This document shows, one piece after another, positions 21,194-30,519 of a stretch of DNA of 64,000 bases. The DNA lies in assembly GCA_963790305.1 (NCBI GenBank), contig CAWBOC010000001.1, positions 32,001 to 96,000 of the forward strand, read 5' to 3'. Within the stretch, counting starts at the first letter, position 1. The number at the start of each line of letters is the position of its first letter. A program made the position numbers and the translations under genes. A model generated the notes under the pieces. The model was not told where the DNA came from, ran no database searches, and was given only the letters and a program-made list of their open reading frames with translations. Source of the DNA: an uncultured Gemmatimonadaceae bacterium (lineage in GTDB: Bacteria > Gemmatimonadota > Gemmatimonadetes > Gemmatimonadales > Gemmatimonadaceae).

Positions 21194-21850
21194 ATGGAAC
21201 AGCGTGACGAAGCTGGGCGAACGGAGTACCCCCTCGGTCGTGGATATGGTCACGATTACATGCGAGGGGGTGAGGTGCTCGGTGGGTACGGATATGCGGC
21301 ACGTGAGGAGTACGACCGGCCGCGCGGCGCGCGACACGGTGACCACCCGCAAGGCCCCGCCCCCGACGATCCGGCTCAGCTTCCGAACGACAGTCCGGCC
21401 GGCGCCTGGCGAGACCAGCCAGGGATGTTCGAGACGACGCAGTCGATCGACGGAAGCCCCCCCGAACCAGACCCAAGCCAACCCCGAATCCCGCACCTGT
21501 ACGGCGGACAAGGCGTCCTCCGGCACTCGCGCAGCTTCTACGTCACGCAGGCACAGCTTCAGAGCCGCATCTACGGGCCGAACCGGTACGGGCGCGGCCC
21601 GTACGCGCATCGGCTCGAGGCGATTCGCCGCAACGACGACGAGCTCAGGACCGAGGTCGAAGAGGCGCTCTTCTACGACACATGGGTCGATTCCCAGCGC
21701 ATCGCCGTCGAGGTCGCGGACGGCGTGGTGACGCTGAGAGGAAGTCTTCCCAGCCACGAGGAAGTGAGGTTCGCGACAGACGACGCGTGGGAGATTGCTG
21801 GAGTTCGCGGAGTCAGGTCTGAGTTGATCGTGGAGGGAGGTACCTCCTGA
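21194..21850 (+). CDS. BON domain protein with a low-complexity N-terminus
   Basis: RBS GGAGG; C-terminal 'DDELRTEVEEAL...IAVEVADGVVTLRG...GVRGVRSEL'. Confidence 0.8.
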   Translation: MEQRDEAGRTEYPLGRGYGHDYMRGGEVLGGYGYAAREEYDRPRGARHGDHPQGPAPDDPAQLPNDSPAGAWRDQPGMFETTQSIDGSPPEPDPSQPRIPHLYGGQGVLRHSRSFYVTQAQLQSRIYGPNRYGRGPYAHRLEAIRRNDDELRTEVEEALFYDTWVDSQRIAVEVADGVVTLRGSLPSHEEVRFATDDAWEIAGVRGVRSELIVEGGTS

Positions 21851-21851
21851 G

Positions 21852-21980
21852 CGGCAAAGATGTCAGAGGTCAGAATACAGAATTCAGGATTCAGAAACCG
21901 CCACGAGCCGCCATGCGAGGCCGCTCGTGGCGGTTTCTGAATTCTGACATCTGTATTCCGACGGCTGACATCCTTTGCCG
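21852..21980. repeat. 129-bp imperfect palindrome with 7-mer (TCAGAAT-like) arms between convergent genes
   Basis: cggcaaagatgtcagaggtcagaatacagaattcaggattcagaaaccgccacgagc ... gctcgtggcggtttctgaattctgacatctgtattccgacggctgacatcctttgccg. Confidence 0.9.
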
Positions 21981-23564
21981 TTAGCGCTTCGCGGTCGCGG
22001 GCCGAGATGGCGCCTTCTGTGGCTCTGCCTTCGGAGGCGCGGCCGCGGACGGGTCGAGCATCTCCAGCCACGACACGTCGTGGCCGCGCTGCTTCAGCAT
22101 GTTCGCGAACACGATCTTGTCCACCGCCTTGAGGTATGCCTCACGAGGCTCCACCTGCTTCTTGTCGACCAGCTCGATGAGCGCGTCGTTGAGCGTCACC
22201 ATGCCCAGCCGACGCGAGGTTTGCATGATCGACGGGATCTGGAAGGTCTTGCCCTCGCGGATGAGGTTCGAGACGGCGGGAATCGACAGCAGGATCTCGC
22301 GCGCAGCCACGCGGCCCCCGCCGATCTTCTTGCACAGTGTCTGTGAGATCACGCCCTTGAGCGACTCGGAGAGCATCACCCGAATCTGCTCCTGACGGTC
22401 GGGCGGAAACTGATCGATGATGCGGTCGATCGTGCTCGAAGCGGTCGTCGTGTGCAGGGTGCCGAAGACGAGGTGACCCGTCTCCGCCGTCTCGATCGCG
22501 ATGGACATCGTCTCCAGATCGCGGAGCTCGCCGACGAGCACGATGTCGGGATCCTCGCGCAACGCCGCGCGCAAGGCGTGCTTGAATGACGATGTGTGCA
22601 CGCCCACCTGCCGCTGCGTGATGAGGCAGCGCTTGTTCGGGTGCACGAACTCGATCGGGTCCTCGATCGTAATCACGTGATCCGACCGCATGCGGTTGAC
22701 CAGATCGATGAGCGCGCAGAGCGTCGTCGACTTTCCCGACCCGGTCGGTCCTGTCACCAGCACCAGACCCTTCGTCAGGAAACAGAGCTGCTGCACCTCG
22801 GTCGAGAGGCCGAGCTGGTCGGCCGTGACGACCGTGGCAGGAATGACGCGGGCGACGGCGCCCGCGCCCTTGCGATCGCGAAGCGCGTTGCACCGGAACC
22901 GAGCGAGCCCGGCAATCTCGTACGCGAAGTCGGTATCGTTGAGCTCGGTGTACTCGCGCCGATTGCGATCGGGCATGATCGCGAGCAGCATCGACTCGAG
23001 GCGATCGTTGCTGAGTGGCTGCAGACCCTCGATGCGGGTCATCTCGCCGTGCATACGGATGATCGGCGGCTCGCCAACGCGCAGGTGGAGATCCGAGCCG
23101 CTCTTCTCGACGAGCTGGCGCAGCAGCGCATCGATCTCGACGCGTGCCGCTTCGATCGCGGTATCGGTGACGATGGCACTCGTCTCCATCGTGAGCGGGC
23201 GCGCTGCCCCGTTCGAATGCGTGACCGTGGTGGCGTGAAGGGGCGCGGGCGCCGAGGCTCCGTTCTCGTCAGGCACGAGCGTCGCGCTCAGGCGTCCGCC
23301 GGCCAGCGTCGCGTTCACGGCAAAGGTGCCGTCGGCGCAGGAATAGGGGAACATCGCGCCGTGACCGCGGTCGAGAAGCTCGGCGGCTTCCGGGGTCGCG
23401 ATCTCGCGCAGCAGCGCCAGCAGCTGCGCCGACGTGAATGCCTGCTTCGTGACGGGTCGCGGGACGCCGCCGATCTCGAGCCTGGCGACGTCGTCAGTGA
23501 CGAGATGCAGCGCCGTTCCGTGGTTGGTCACCAGCACGGCGAGAAAACGGTCGAGTTGAGCCAT
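21981..23564 (-). CDS. pilT: Type IV pilus retraction ATPase with an extra degenerate N-terminal PilT-N domain
   Basis: 'SDLHL', Walker A GPTGSGKST, 'TIEDPIE', 'ALREDPD', 'AETGHLVFGTLHT', AVSNLIRE. Confidence 0.92.
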   Translation of the reverse strand: MAQLDRFLAVLVTNHGTALHLVTDDVARLEIGGVPRPVTKQAFTSAQLLALLREIATPEAAELLDRGHGAMFPYSCADGTFAVNATLAGGRLSATLVPDENGASAPAPLHATTVTHSNGAARPLTMETSAIVTDTAIEAARVEIDALLRQLVEKSGSDLHLRVGEPPIIRMHGEMTRIEGLQPLSNDRLESMLLAIMPDRNRREYTELNDTDFAYEIAGLARFRCNALRDRKGAGAVARVIPATVVTADQLGLSTEVQQLCFLTKGLVLVTGPTGSGKSTTLCALIDLVNRMRSDHVITIEDPIEFVHPNKRCLITQRQVGVHTSSFKHALRAALREDPDIVLVGELRDLETMSIAIETAETGHLVFGTLHTTTASSTIDRIIDQFPPDRQEQIRVMLSESLKGVISQTLCKKIGGGRVAAREILLSIPAVSNLIREGKTFQIPSIMQTSRRLGMVTLNDALIELVDKKQVEPREAYLKAVDKIVFANMLKQRGHDVSWLEMLDPSAAAPPKAEPQKAPSRPATAKR

Positions 23565-24028
23565 CAGTCTCGAGGAAGAACGCGCTCGATGAGCGCGCGA
23601 TTGACCAGTCGTGTCCCCTCGGTGGCGTAGAGTACCAGAAACCGATCGGACAGACGGTTGAGATAGTCGAGCAAACGTGGCTGACCGGCGGGCAGCTCGA
23701 GCAATACGATCCCCGATCGGACGATTCCACCGCAGAGCACGACGTCGAGGAGCGCAGATCGCGCACTGGCGCGGCGCAATTCGTCATCGTCGGTCGGGAG
23801 CTCGGCGAGCGCTTCGACGACCCGGTCCTTCGCGACGAGGAGTGTCTCGCCTTCAGCGGTCTCGATGGGAAAGAAGCGCTCGGCCGAGTTCAGCACGTCG
23901 CGCGCGCTCTCGCGACGCGGATCGCCTTCTCCGACGTGCTGCACGAACATCGCTCCCGTGATCGTCTCGCCGCTCACGAGCGACAGGCGCACGGCACAGC
24001 GATCTTTCTCGATTCGGAACTCGTGCAT
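23564..24028 (-). CDS. Conserved hypothetical protein with two internal repeats, coupled to pilT
   Basis: Repeated 'DVLN.AERFFPI..LLVAKDRV' / 'DYLN.SDRFLVL..LVNRALI'; stop overlaps the pilT ATG. Confidence 0.7.
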   Translation of the reverse strand: MHEFRIEKDRCAVRLSLVSGETITGAMFVQHVGEGDPRRESARDVLNSAERFFPIETAEGETLLVAKDRVVEALAELPTDDDELRRASARSALLDVVLCGGIVRSGIVLLELPAGQPRLLDYLNRLSDRFLVLYATEGTRLVNRALIERVLPRD

Positions 24029-24068
24029 GCGCGAGGGAGCGAGAGTCCCTCAATGACGCGCCAGCGCG

Positions 24069-25052
24069 CTACGCAGTCACCGTTCCTCGCCCGCGGACAG
24101 TGTGCCCGGTCGCAACGACGGAGGATCGGTCGCTCAGGGATGCAGAATGCAGCTCCCGCTCGTACATCTCGCGCCGCTCGAGCTGCACCGTAACGTGCTG
24201 GATTCCAAAGAGAAGCATCGCATCATGAACATGTTCTAATACATGCTGATGCCGTTCTGGCTCGCGCACGATGGCGTGGACGCTCATGGCGACGACGCCG
24301 GAGGTGACCGTCCAGACGTGGAGGTCATGAACCGATTCGATGCCGGGAATCGCTTCGAGCTGCTTTCGGACCGTTCCAAGCGCAATGTGCGTCGGTGTCG
24401 ATTCGAGCAGCACGTCGATCGACTCCCGGACGAGGCGCCACGCCCCGCGCACGATCAGCAGGGTCATGAGGATGGACGCGATCGGATCGGCGACGACCCA
24501 CCCGGTGTATCGCACGAGGAGTGCGGCAATGACGGTCGCCGCCGAGCCAAGCAGATCGCCGACGACGTGCAGATAGGCGCCGCGCAGGTTGAGGCTCGCC
24601 TCGCTCGCCGGATGCAGGACCAGCGCCGCGGCGATGTTGGCGAGGATTCCCACTATGGCGACCACGAGCATCATCCCGCTTTCGACGGCCTCCGGCTGAC
24701 GCAGCCGCATTACGGCCTCGAGCGCGATCCAGGCCGAAATGAGGAGCAGCGTCGCGCCGTTCAGAAATGCGGCGAGAATCTCCCATCGGAGATACCCGTA
24801 CGTGCGACGCTGGTCGTGCGGCTGCCGGCTGAACCACGCGACGAAGAGCGACAATGCGAGCGCGGCGACGTCGGTGAGCATATGCCCGGCGTCGGCGAGT
24901 AGTGCCAGCGAATTCGACAGGATGCCGCCGGCAACCTCCGCCAGCAGAAAGGTGGCGGTGATGGCAAGCGCGATGCGCAGGCGACGCATTTGATCGCGTG
25001 AGTCGCCGTGGACGTGGGGATGGGCGTGGTCGCCGTGGTGGTGGGCACTCAA
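24069..25052 (-). CDS. Cation diffusion facilitator (CzcD/ZitB-like Zn/Co/Cd efflux)
   Basis: His-rich N-terminus, 'SLALLADAGHMLTD', 'AYLHVVGDLLGS', 'VHDLHVW'; TTG start inferred. Confidence 0.92.
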   Translation of the reverse strand: MSAHHHGDHAHPHVHGDSRDQMRRLRIALAITATFLLAEVAGGILSNSLALLADAGHMLTDVAALALSLFVAWFSRQPHDQRRTYGYLRWEILAAFLNGATLLLISAWIALEAVMRLRQPEAVESGMMLVVAIVGILANIAAALVLHPASEASLNLRGAYLHVVGDLLGSAATVIAALLVRYTGWVVADPIASILMTLLIVRGAWRLVRESIDVLLESTPTHIALGTVRKQLEAIPGIESVHDLHVWTVTSGVVAMSVHAIVREPERHQHVLEHVHDAMLLFGIQHVTVQLERREMYERELHSASLSDRSSVVATGHTVRGRGTVTA

Positions 25053-25059
25053 GAGACTG

Positions 25060-25147
25060 AAGGTGATCGAGGTCGTCGAGGATGTCGAGGTGATCGAGGT
25101 GACTTCGCCTTGATCACCTCGACATCCTCGACGACCTCGATCACCTT
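25060..25147. repeat. Perfect 36-bp inverted repeat built from 9-mers (TCGAGGTCG-type)
   Basis: aaggtgatcgaggtcgtcgaggatgtcgaggtgatc / gatcacctcgacatcctcgacgacctcgatcacctt. Confidence 0.95.
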
Positions 25148-25153
25148 TGTCTC

Positions 25154-26431
25154 GTGATCCTCCGCCTGCTTGCGGCTGTGGTGCTCGTGGCACTCAATGC
25201 GTTTTTCGTCGCCGCCGAGTCGGCGCTGGTGCGCGCGCGACGACCGCGGCTCGAGGCGCGGGCGCGTGGCGGATCGAGCAGCGCACGCTGGGCGTTGCGC
25301 GCGCTCGCCGATCGCACCCGTCTACTCGCCGCGAGCCAGGCCGGCATTACGCTGGCGAGCCTCGGCCTGGGGTGGATCCTTGCCGACGGGATCGCCGACC
25401 TCCCGATGGTCGCGGACCGATCGGCGATGGCCATCGCCGCCGTGGCGATCGTCGTCCTCATCGTCGCATATCTGCACATCATGTTCGGACAGTTCGTTCC
25501 GCGAGTCGTCGCGCTCGCGCAGCCCGAACGCATCGCCACCGCGCTCGCGGCGCCGCTGCTCGCATTTGCGTGGCTGATCTATCCTTTCACGCTCCTGTTG
25601 AATCGCTCGTCGCAGCCGCTCACGCGACGGGTCGGCCACACGGCGGTCGCGGAAGACGCGATGCACTTTCCGGGTGAGATGCGGCAGCTCGTCGAGCGCG
25701 CAGAGGCGGGAGGCGCGATCGACCCCGAGGACGCGGAGCTGCTGGAAGGGGTGTTCGAGTTCTCGGAGAAGAACGCCCGGGATGTCATGACCCCGCGCAC
25801 GGAGATCGTCGCGCTTTCGATCGACGCGTCGTTCGACGAGGTGATCCGCCTCGTCAACGAGAGCGGTCTCTCCCGCATTCCGGTTTACGAGGGGTCGATC
25901 GACAACATCACCGGCATCGTGCTCGCCAAGGCCTTGCTGCCGACGCTTGGTCGCGGCAGCGGGACGGAGCGGACGTTCTCGCTCCGACAGATCCTCCGCG
26001 CGGCGCACTTCATTCCCGGCACGCGCCAGGTGGAGGAGGTGTTGTCGGACTTCAAGCGACTCAAGGAGCACATGGCGATCGTGCTCGACGAGTATGGTGG
26101 AACCGCGGGCGTCGTGACGATGGAGGACCTGCTCGAGGAGATCGTCGGGGAGATTCTCGACGAGCACGACGAGCGTGACGAGCCGGCGCACGCGCGTGGC
26201 GGCGAAGTCCTGGTGGCCGGCGACCTCAACATCGGTGAGCTGAACGAGCGGTTAGGCCTTGCCGTCCCCGAGAACGAGTTCTCGACGATCGGCGGCTACG
26301 TGTTCGGAACCCTGGGCCGCGTGCCGCGCGTGGGCGATCGCATCACGATCGGGGGGGCGACATTCACGGTGAGATCCGTCGAGGGGCGGCGAGCGGAGCA
26401 GATCGCGGTGAAACGGATTGACGTGATCTGA
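25154..26431 (+). CDS. CNNM/hemolysin family protein (DUF21-CBS-CorC)
   Basis: 'LNAFFVAAE', 'QAGITLASLGLG', 'VMTPR', 'SRIPVY', 'DEYGGTAGVVTMEDLLEEIVGEI'. Confidence 0.93.
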   Translation: MILRLLAAVVLVALNAFFVAAESALVRARRPRLEARARGGSSSARWALRALADRTRLLAASQAGITLASLGLGWILADGIADLPMVADRSAMAIAAVAIVVLIVAYLHIMFGQFVPRVVALAQPERIATALAAPLLAFAWLIYPFTLLLNRSSQPLTRRVGHTAVAEDAMHFPGEMRQLVERAEAGGAIDPEDAELLEGVFEFSEKNARDVMTPRTEIVALSIDASFDEVIRLVNESGLSRIPVYEGSIDNITGIVLAKALLPTLGRGSGTERTFSLRQILRAAHFIPGTRQVEEVLSDFKRLKEHMAIVLDEYGGTAGVVTMEDLLEEIVGEILDEHDERDEPAHARGGEVLVAGDLNIGELNERLGLAVPENEFSTIGGYVFGTLGRVPRVGDRITIGGATFTVRSVEGRRAEQIAVKRIDVI

Positions 26432-26541
26432 GGCGCTGAGATGCGCTAGAGGCGCTAAGGGCGCTCGAGGGGTGTTCAGCGCCTCTAGCGCCTCTGCCTT
26501 GCCTCTAGCGCCTCTGGCGCCTCTAGCGCCTCTAGCGCCTC
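26431..26541. repeat. 9-mer tandem repeat arms (AGAGGCGCT / AGCGCCTCT); supplies the pdxA stop codon
   Basis: aggcgctgagatgcgctagaggcgctaagggcgct ... agcgcctctagcgcctct...tagcgcctctagcgcctct. Confidence 0.9.
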
Positions 26542-27419
26542 TGCACTCCCGCTATTCGCGCACACATCAGAATCGCCCGCACCATGCTCGACTGATCGGC
26601 GATTCCCTTGCCCGCGATGTCGAGCGCGGTGCCGTGATCGGGTGAGGTCCGCGGGAATGGCAGGCCCAAGGTCACGTTCACAGCCTCACCGAACGACGCC
26701 ACCTTGATCGCCGTCATCCCGACATCGTGATAGGGGGCGATCACGGCGTCGAATTCGCCACGCAGAGCGCGCACGAAGACCGTATCGGCCGGGTACGGGC
26801 CATGCAGGCCCGCCTCACGAGCGACTGGCGCCAGCAGCGTGTCGTCCTCGTCGCCGAAGCGTCCGCGATCACCCGCGTGCGGGTTGAGCGCACAGAGGGC
26901 AATCCGTGGCGCCGCGACGCCGAACCAGGCCTGAAGGGCATCACTCGTGAGGCGGGCCGCGTCGAGGAGAACAGTGCGCGACAGTGCGCGCGGAACATCG
27001 CGGAGCGCGACATGGGTCGTGGCGAGCACGACACGCAATCGATCGGATGCCAGCATCATCGCCGTCCGGGAGCTCGTCAGGCGCGCGAGCATTTCCGTGT
27101 GGCCCGGATCCGCGTAGCCTCCCTCCAGCAGCGCGTGCTTGTCGATGGGAGCCGTGACGACGCCGTCGACTTTACCCTCGAGCGCGAGCGCGACGGCACG
27201 CTCGATCGCGCGGCCCGCCAGCTGGCCGGCCAGCGCTTCGCCTCCCGACGGCGTCCACACGCCCACCGACTCATCGACCTCGACCCCGGCCGCTTCGGGT
27301 CCAACGAGCACGGGGATGCATGCCGGCTGCACCGCGGAGTCCAGGAGCGCCTTCGCCACGATCTCGGGACCAATGCCTCGCGGATCGCCGAGCGTGATGG
27401 CCAGCCGCGGCCGCCTCAC
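26532..27419 (-). CDS. pdxA: 4-hydroxythreonine-4-phosphate dehydrogenase
   Basis: 'ITLGDPRGIGPEI', 'GHTE', 'LNPHAG', 'YHD', 'RTSPDHGTA'. Confidence 0.93.
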   Translation of the reverse strand: MRRPRLAITLGDPRGIGPEIVAKALLDSAVQPACIPVLVGPEAAGVEVDESVGVWTPSGGEALAGQLAGRAIERAVALALEGKVDGVVTAPIDKHALLEGGYADPGHTEMLARLTSSRTAMMLASDRLRVVLATTHVALRDVPRALSRTVLLDAARLTSDALQAWFGVAAPRIALCALNPHAGDRGRFGDEDDTLLAPVAREAGLHGPYPADTVFVRALRGEFDAVIAPYHDVGMTAIKVASFGEAVNVTLGLPFPRTSPDHGTALDIAGKGIADQSSMVRAILMCARIAGVQRR

Positions 27420-27676
27420 GAGGCCTGCTCGTCGCGAAGGATGCGGTAGAGCGTTTTGGCGTCGGCCCGGCTCACGTTCTTGCCAATGTCGCCGACGAGC
27501 TCCACCTCGAGGGTGCGATGCGCGTAATCCACCCGAATGCGGTCGCCCACGCGTACCTCCTGCGACGCCTTCGCCGGCTTGCCGTTCACCTGCACCGCAC
27601 CAACGTCGCAGGCTTCCTTCCCCTCGCTGCGGCTCTTCACCAGGAGGAGCCGCTTGAGCGCGAGGTCGACGCGCAC
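27416..27676 (-). CDS. S4 RNA-binding protein, RqcP/YabO (Hsp15)-like
   Basis: 86 aa from GTG: 'RVDLALK..LVKSRSEGKEAC..G.VQVNG..AKAS.EV.VGD'. Confidence 0.85.
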   Translation of the reverse strand: MRVDLALKRLLLVKSRSEGKEACDVGAVQVNGKPAKASQEVRVGDRIRVDYAHRTLEVELVGDIGKNVSRADAKTLYRILRDEQAS

Positions 27677-27677
27677 G

Positions 27678-29000
27678 CTAGATGCGAATGGAGACGAACG
27701 TCGCCTCGCGAAGGCTGTCGAACAGGCGGCGCACCGCCTTCTGCTGCGCGAGCTGCTCGCGGATCTGCTGGCGGAACTCGGCCAGCGACGGCTCACGCTC
27801 GGGCTCCGCGCTCGTGAGCTGCAGCACCACGAACTTCGGCACCTGGCGCGCGGCATCCTCGATCTCGAAAGGATCGACGATGTCGTTCGCCTGTCGTCCC
27901 TCGACGGCCTTCTGATAGGGCTCAGGCAGCTGCGTTCGGGGGAAGGGATTGGGAATGCTGCGCTCCTCGATCGGGTCGTGATACTTCGCGACCAGTGAGT
28001 CGAACGACGCACCGGCACGCCACGCCGCGGCCACGGAGTCGGCTCGCAGCCGCGCGGCGGCCACGTCCACCGAATCCAGCGCGGGACGGATGAGGATGTG
28101 ACGCGCCTTCACCTCCGCCGGCTGCACGCGATCGACCTTGGCGATATGGAAGCCGAACGAGGTCTCGAACACCGGGCTCACCTGCCCAGGCCCCATTCGG
28201 AAGATCACGTACTCGAACTCGGGAACGAGCCCTTCGCTGCCACCACCGCGCCGGCGCCATCCGAGGTCGCCACCGGTCTCTCGTGAGGCAGGGTCCATGG
28301 ATTCGCGCTTCGCGATCTGCTCGAAGTCGCCGCCGCGACGGATCTCGACCAGCAACGACTCGGCCTTGATGCGCGCGGCCTCTCGCGCCTTCTCGGACGG
28401 CTTCACTGGCACCACGATCTGGCGGAACGTGACCGTCGCCGGAAGGCGGGGGACCTGGCCCTTGTTCTGGTCGAAGAACTTCTGGACTTCATCCTCGCTG
28501 ACCGGGGCTGGGGGCAGCTTCCCCTCCTGGCGGAGCTTCTGAAGCAGCCGCTCCTGAAGCGCGCTGCGCCGCTGCTCATCCATGAGCCACCGTCGGTACT
28601 CCTCGATGGAGCCGAACCCCGAGCGCCGCAACAGATCGTTGAACTGCTCCTCCGTCTGGAACTGACCGCGCACCTGTCGCATGCGCTGGTCCACCGTGGC
28701 GGTGAGGTCGGCATCCTCGACCAGCACGCTGTCCTGCCGCGCGCGCTGCACGAGGAGCTCCGTCTCGATCAGACGATCGATGATCTCCCGCGCGAGCGTC
28801 ATCTGCGCCGTGGAGTCGTTGGGCAGCTCCCGCCCCTGCGCGCGCATGACGTTGATCTCCTCGAGCACATCGCTCCAGAGAATCACCTCGTTTCCGACGA
28901 CGGCGACGACGCGATCGACAGGAACGGTTTCGGCGTCCTGCGCCCGCGCGGCGCTCGAGCCCAGGAGGGCGAGCGCCGCGAGGAATGCGAATCGTTTCAT
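27678..29000 (-). CDS. surA: SurA-like parvulin PPIase chaperone
   Basis: Signal peptide, 'VDRVVAVVG', 'GGDLGW', 'ETSFGFHIAKV', 'ARHILI'; upstream of pdxA as in the canonical surA-pdxA order. Confidence 0.85.
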   Translation of the reverse strand: MKRFAFLAALALLGSSAARAQDAETVPVDRVVAVVGNEVILWSDVLEEINVMRAQGRELPNDSTAQMTLAREIIDRLIETELLVQRARQDSVLVEDADLTATVDQRMRQVRGQFQTEEQFNDLLRRSGFGSIEEYRRWLMDEQRRSALQERLLQKLRQEGKLPPAPVSEDEVQKFFDQNKGQVPRLPATVTFRQIVVPVKPSEKAREAARIKAESLLVEIRRGGDFEQIAKRESMDPASRETGGDLGWRRRGGGSEGLVPEFEYVIFRMGPGQVSPVFETSFGFHIAKVDRVQPAEVKARHILIRPALDSVDVAAARLRADSVAAAWRAGASFDSLVAKYHDPIEERSIPNPFPRTQLPEPYQKAVEGRQANDIVDPFEIEDAARQVPKFVVLQLTSAEPEREPSLAEFRQQIREQLAQQKAVRRLFDSLREATFVSIRI

Positions 29001-29037
29001 GACGCCTGGTACCCCGTCGGGGACGCCGGGGTTTCCG

Positions 29038-30519
29038 TCATGGCTGTGGCGTCGCCGGGGGCGGCGTCTGCGGCTGTCCCCCCGACGGCTGCTGGCCGCC
29101 CTGCTGTCCCGGGCCAAGCGGCACTTGCGACTGCGGCCGCGAGGCGGCGCGCGTGGAATCGCGCGTCGCGCGAATGCGCCGCGCGCGCTCGAGCGCGCGT
29201 TCGACGCCAGCGTTGGCGATTTTCCAGTCGTACGTCTCACGCAGCAGCTCCGACACCTCGCTGGGCACGGGAACGAACTGCGCCTGATTGGCCAGGAGAC
29301 GATCGATGTACCCTTCAATGCGGGCAGCCGCGACACGCTCGCGCTCCTCCTCGGTCTTCGCGCTGTCCGACAGCTGTGCCGGGGCAACGCCGAGCTGCGT
29401 CCAGGCATTTCCGACAACCTGGGCGAAAGTGCCACGAAGCTGCGCAAGCTGCTGCGGGTCCATCGCGACCTTGGCGCTGTCGGCGGCGTGCAGGATGAGC
29501 TCGTTGCGCACCATGTTCTTGACGAACTGCCCAACGATCGAGTCCGGGGCCTGCGCAATCACCTGCTGCACCTGCTGGCGCTGCGGGAAGATGCGCACCC
29601 ACCGTCCGAACTTCTCGGCGGTGAAGTTGCCGATCCTCGTGGTGGCGAGCACGGTCTTGTCCTCGCGATGCGCATCGAGATCCGCGACCACCGCGCGAGC
29701 AACGGCAGGCGCGTCGTCCTTGAGCTGGACGTTGGCACCCGCCTCGAGGCCGGCAACGAAGGTGCTATCGGCGACCTGGGTGGCGCGGCGCTGCATGGCC
29801 GTGCCGAGCTCGCCACGCACCTCGGAGAACGGTGAGCGTCGGATGATGTGGTAGCCGAACTGCGTTTCGACGACCGGGGAGATCTGTCCCGGCTGCAGGC
29901 CGAGCACCGCCTGGTCGAATTCCTTGACCATCGCCCCACGCGGGAACAGCCCGAGGTTTCCCCCCTGCTGCTTTGCCGTGGGGTCGTCGTTGGTCTGACC
30001 GGCGATCTGGGCGAAGTTCGCGGCCGTCACGCGTGCGCGCGTGGCCTCGGCGCGTCGACGCACCGAATCCTTTTGCGCGGGCGACATGTCCGGCGTGGTG
30101 CGGAAGAGAATGTGGCGCGCCGCGAGGACCTCGCCCTGGACATAGCGCGACTCGTTCGTCGTCGAATCGTACTTCGGACCCTCGGCGAGCATTTTGTCGT
30201 GAAAGGCATTGACGCGTGCTTCGGCGATCATCGGCCAGAGCACTTTGTCCAGGCGCGCCGTGTCCTTGAGCGAATCCCCTGCCGCCGCCGCCTGACCGAG
30301 CAGCTGATAGTCGACCCACAGGCCGGAGAGGGTTCGCGCGAACTCGCTGGAGATCGGGAAGTCGGTGTTTCCGATCATCTCGGCCAGGCGCTCGACCGAG
30401 AGCTCCTGATCTTCGGCGCGCGCGGCGACGTCGACATGTGCGGTGAGCGCTTCCTTGAAGCCTTCACACGCGGCAAGCGTGAGGCCAGCCGCGACGACAG
30501 CGATCAACGAACGATTCAT
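29038..30519 (-). CDS. Parvulin-type PPIase lipoprotein (PrsA/PpiC-like)
   Basis: Lipobox LAAC; 'ARHILF', 'GGNLGLF.RG.MVKEFD', 'VETQFGYHII'. Confidence 0.88.
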   Translation of the reverse strand: MNRSLIAVVAAGLTLAACEGFKEALTAHVDVAARAEDQELSVERLAEMIGNTDFPISSEFARTLSGLWVDYQLLGQAAAAGDSLKDTARLDKVLWPMIAEARVNAFHDKMLAEGPKYDSTTNESRYVQGEVLAARHILFRTTPDMSPAQKDSVRRRAEATRARVTAANFAQIAGQTNDDPTAKQQGGNLGLFPRGAMVKEFDQAVLGLQPGQISPVVETQFGYHIIRRSPFSEVRGELGTAMQRRATQVADSTFVAGLEAGANVQLKDDAPAVARAVVADLDAHREDKTVLATTRIGNFTAEKFGRWVRIFPQRQQVQQVIAQAPDSIVGQFVKNMVRNELILHAADSAKVAMDPQQLAQLRGTFAQVVGNAWTQLGVAPAQLSDSAKTEEERERVAAARIEGYIDRLLANQAQFVPVPSEVSELLRETYDWKIANAGVERALERARRIRATRDSTRAASRPQSQVPLGPGQQGGQQPSGGQPQTPPPATPQP

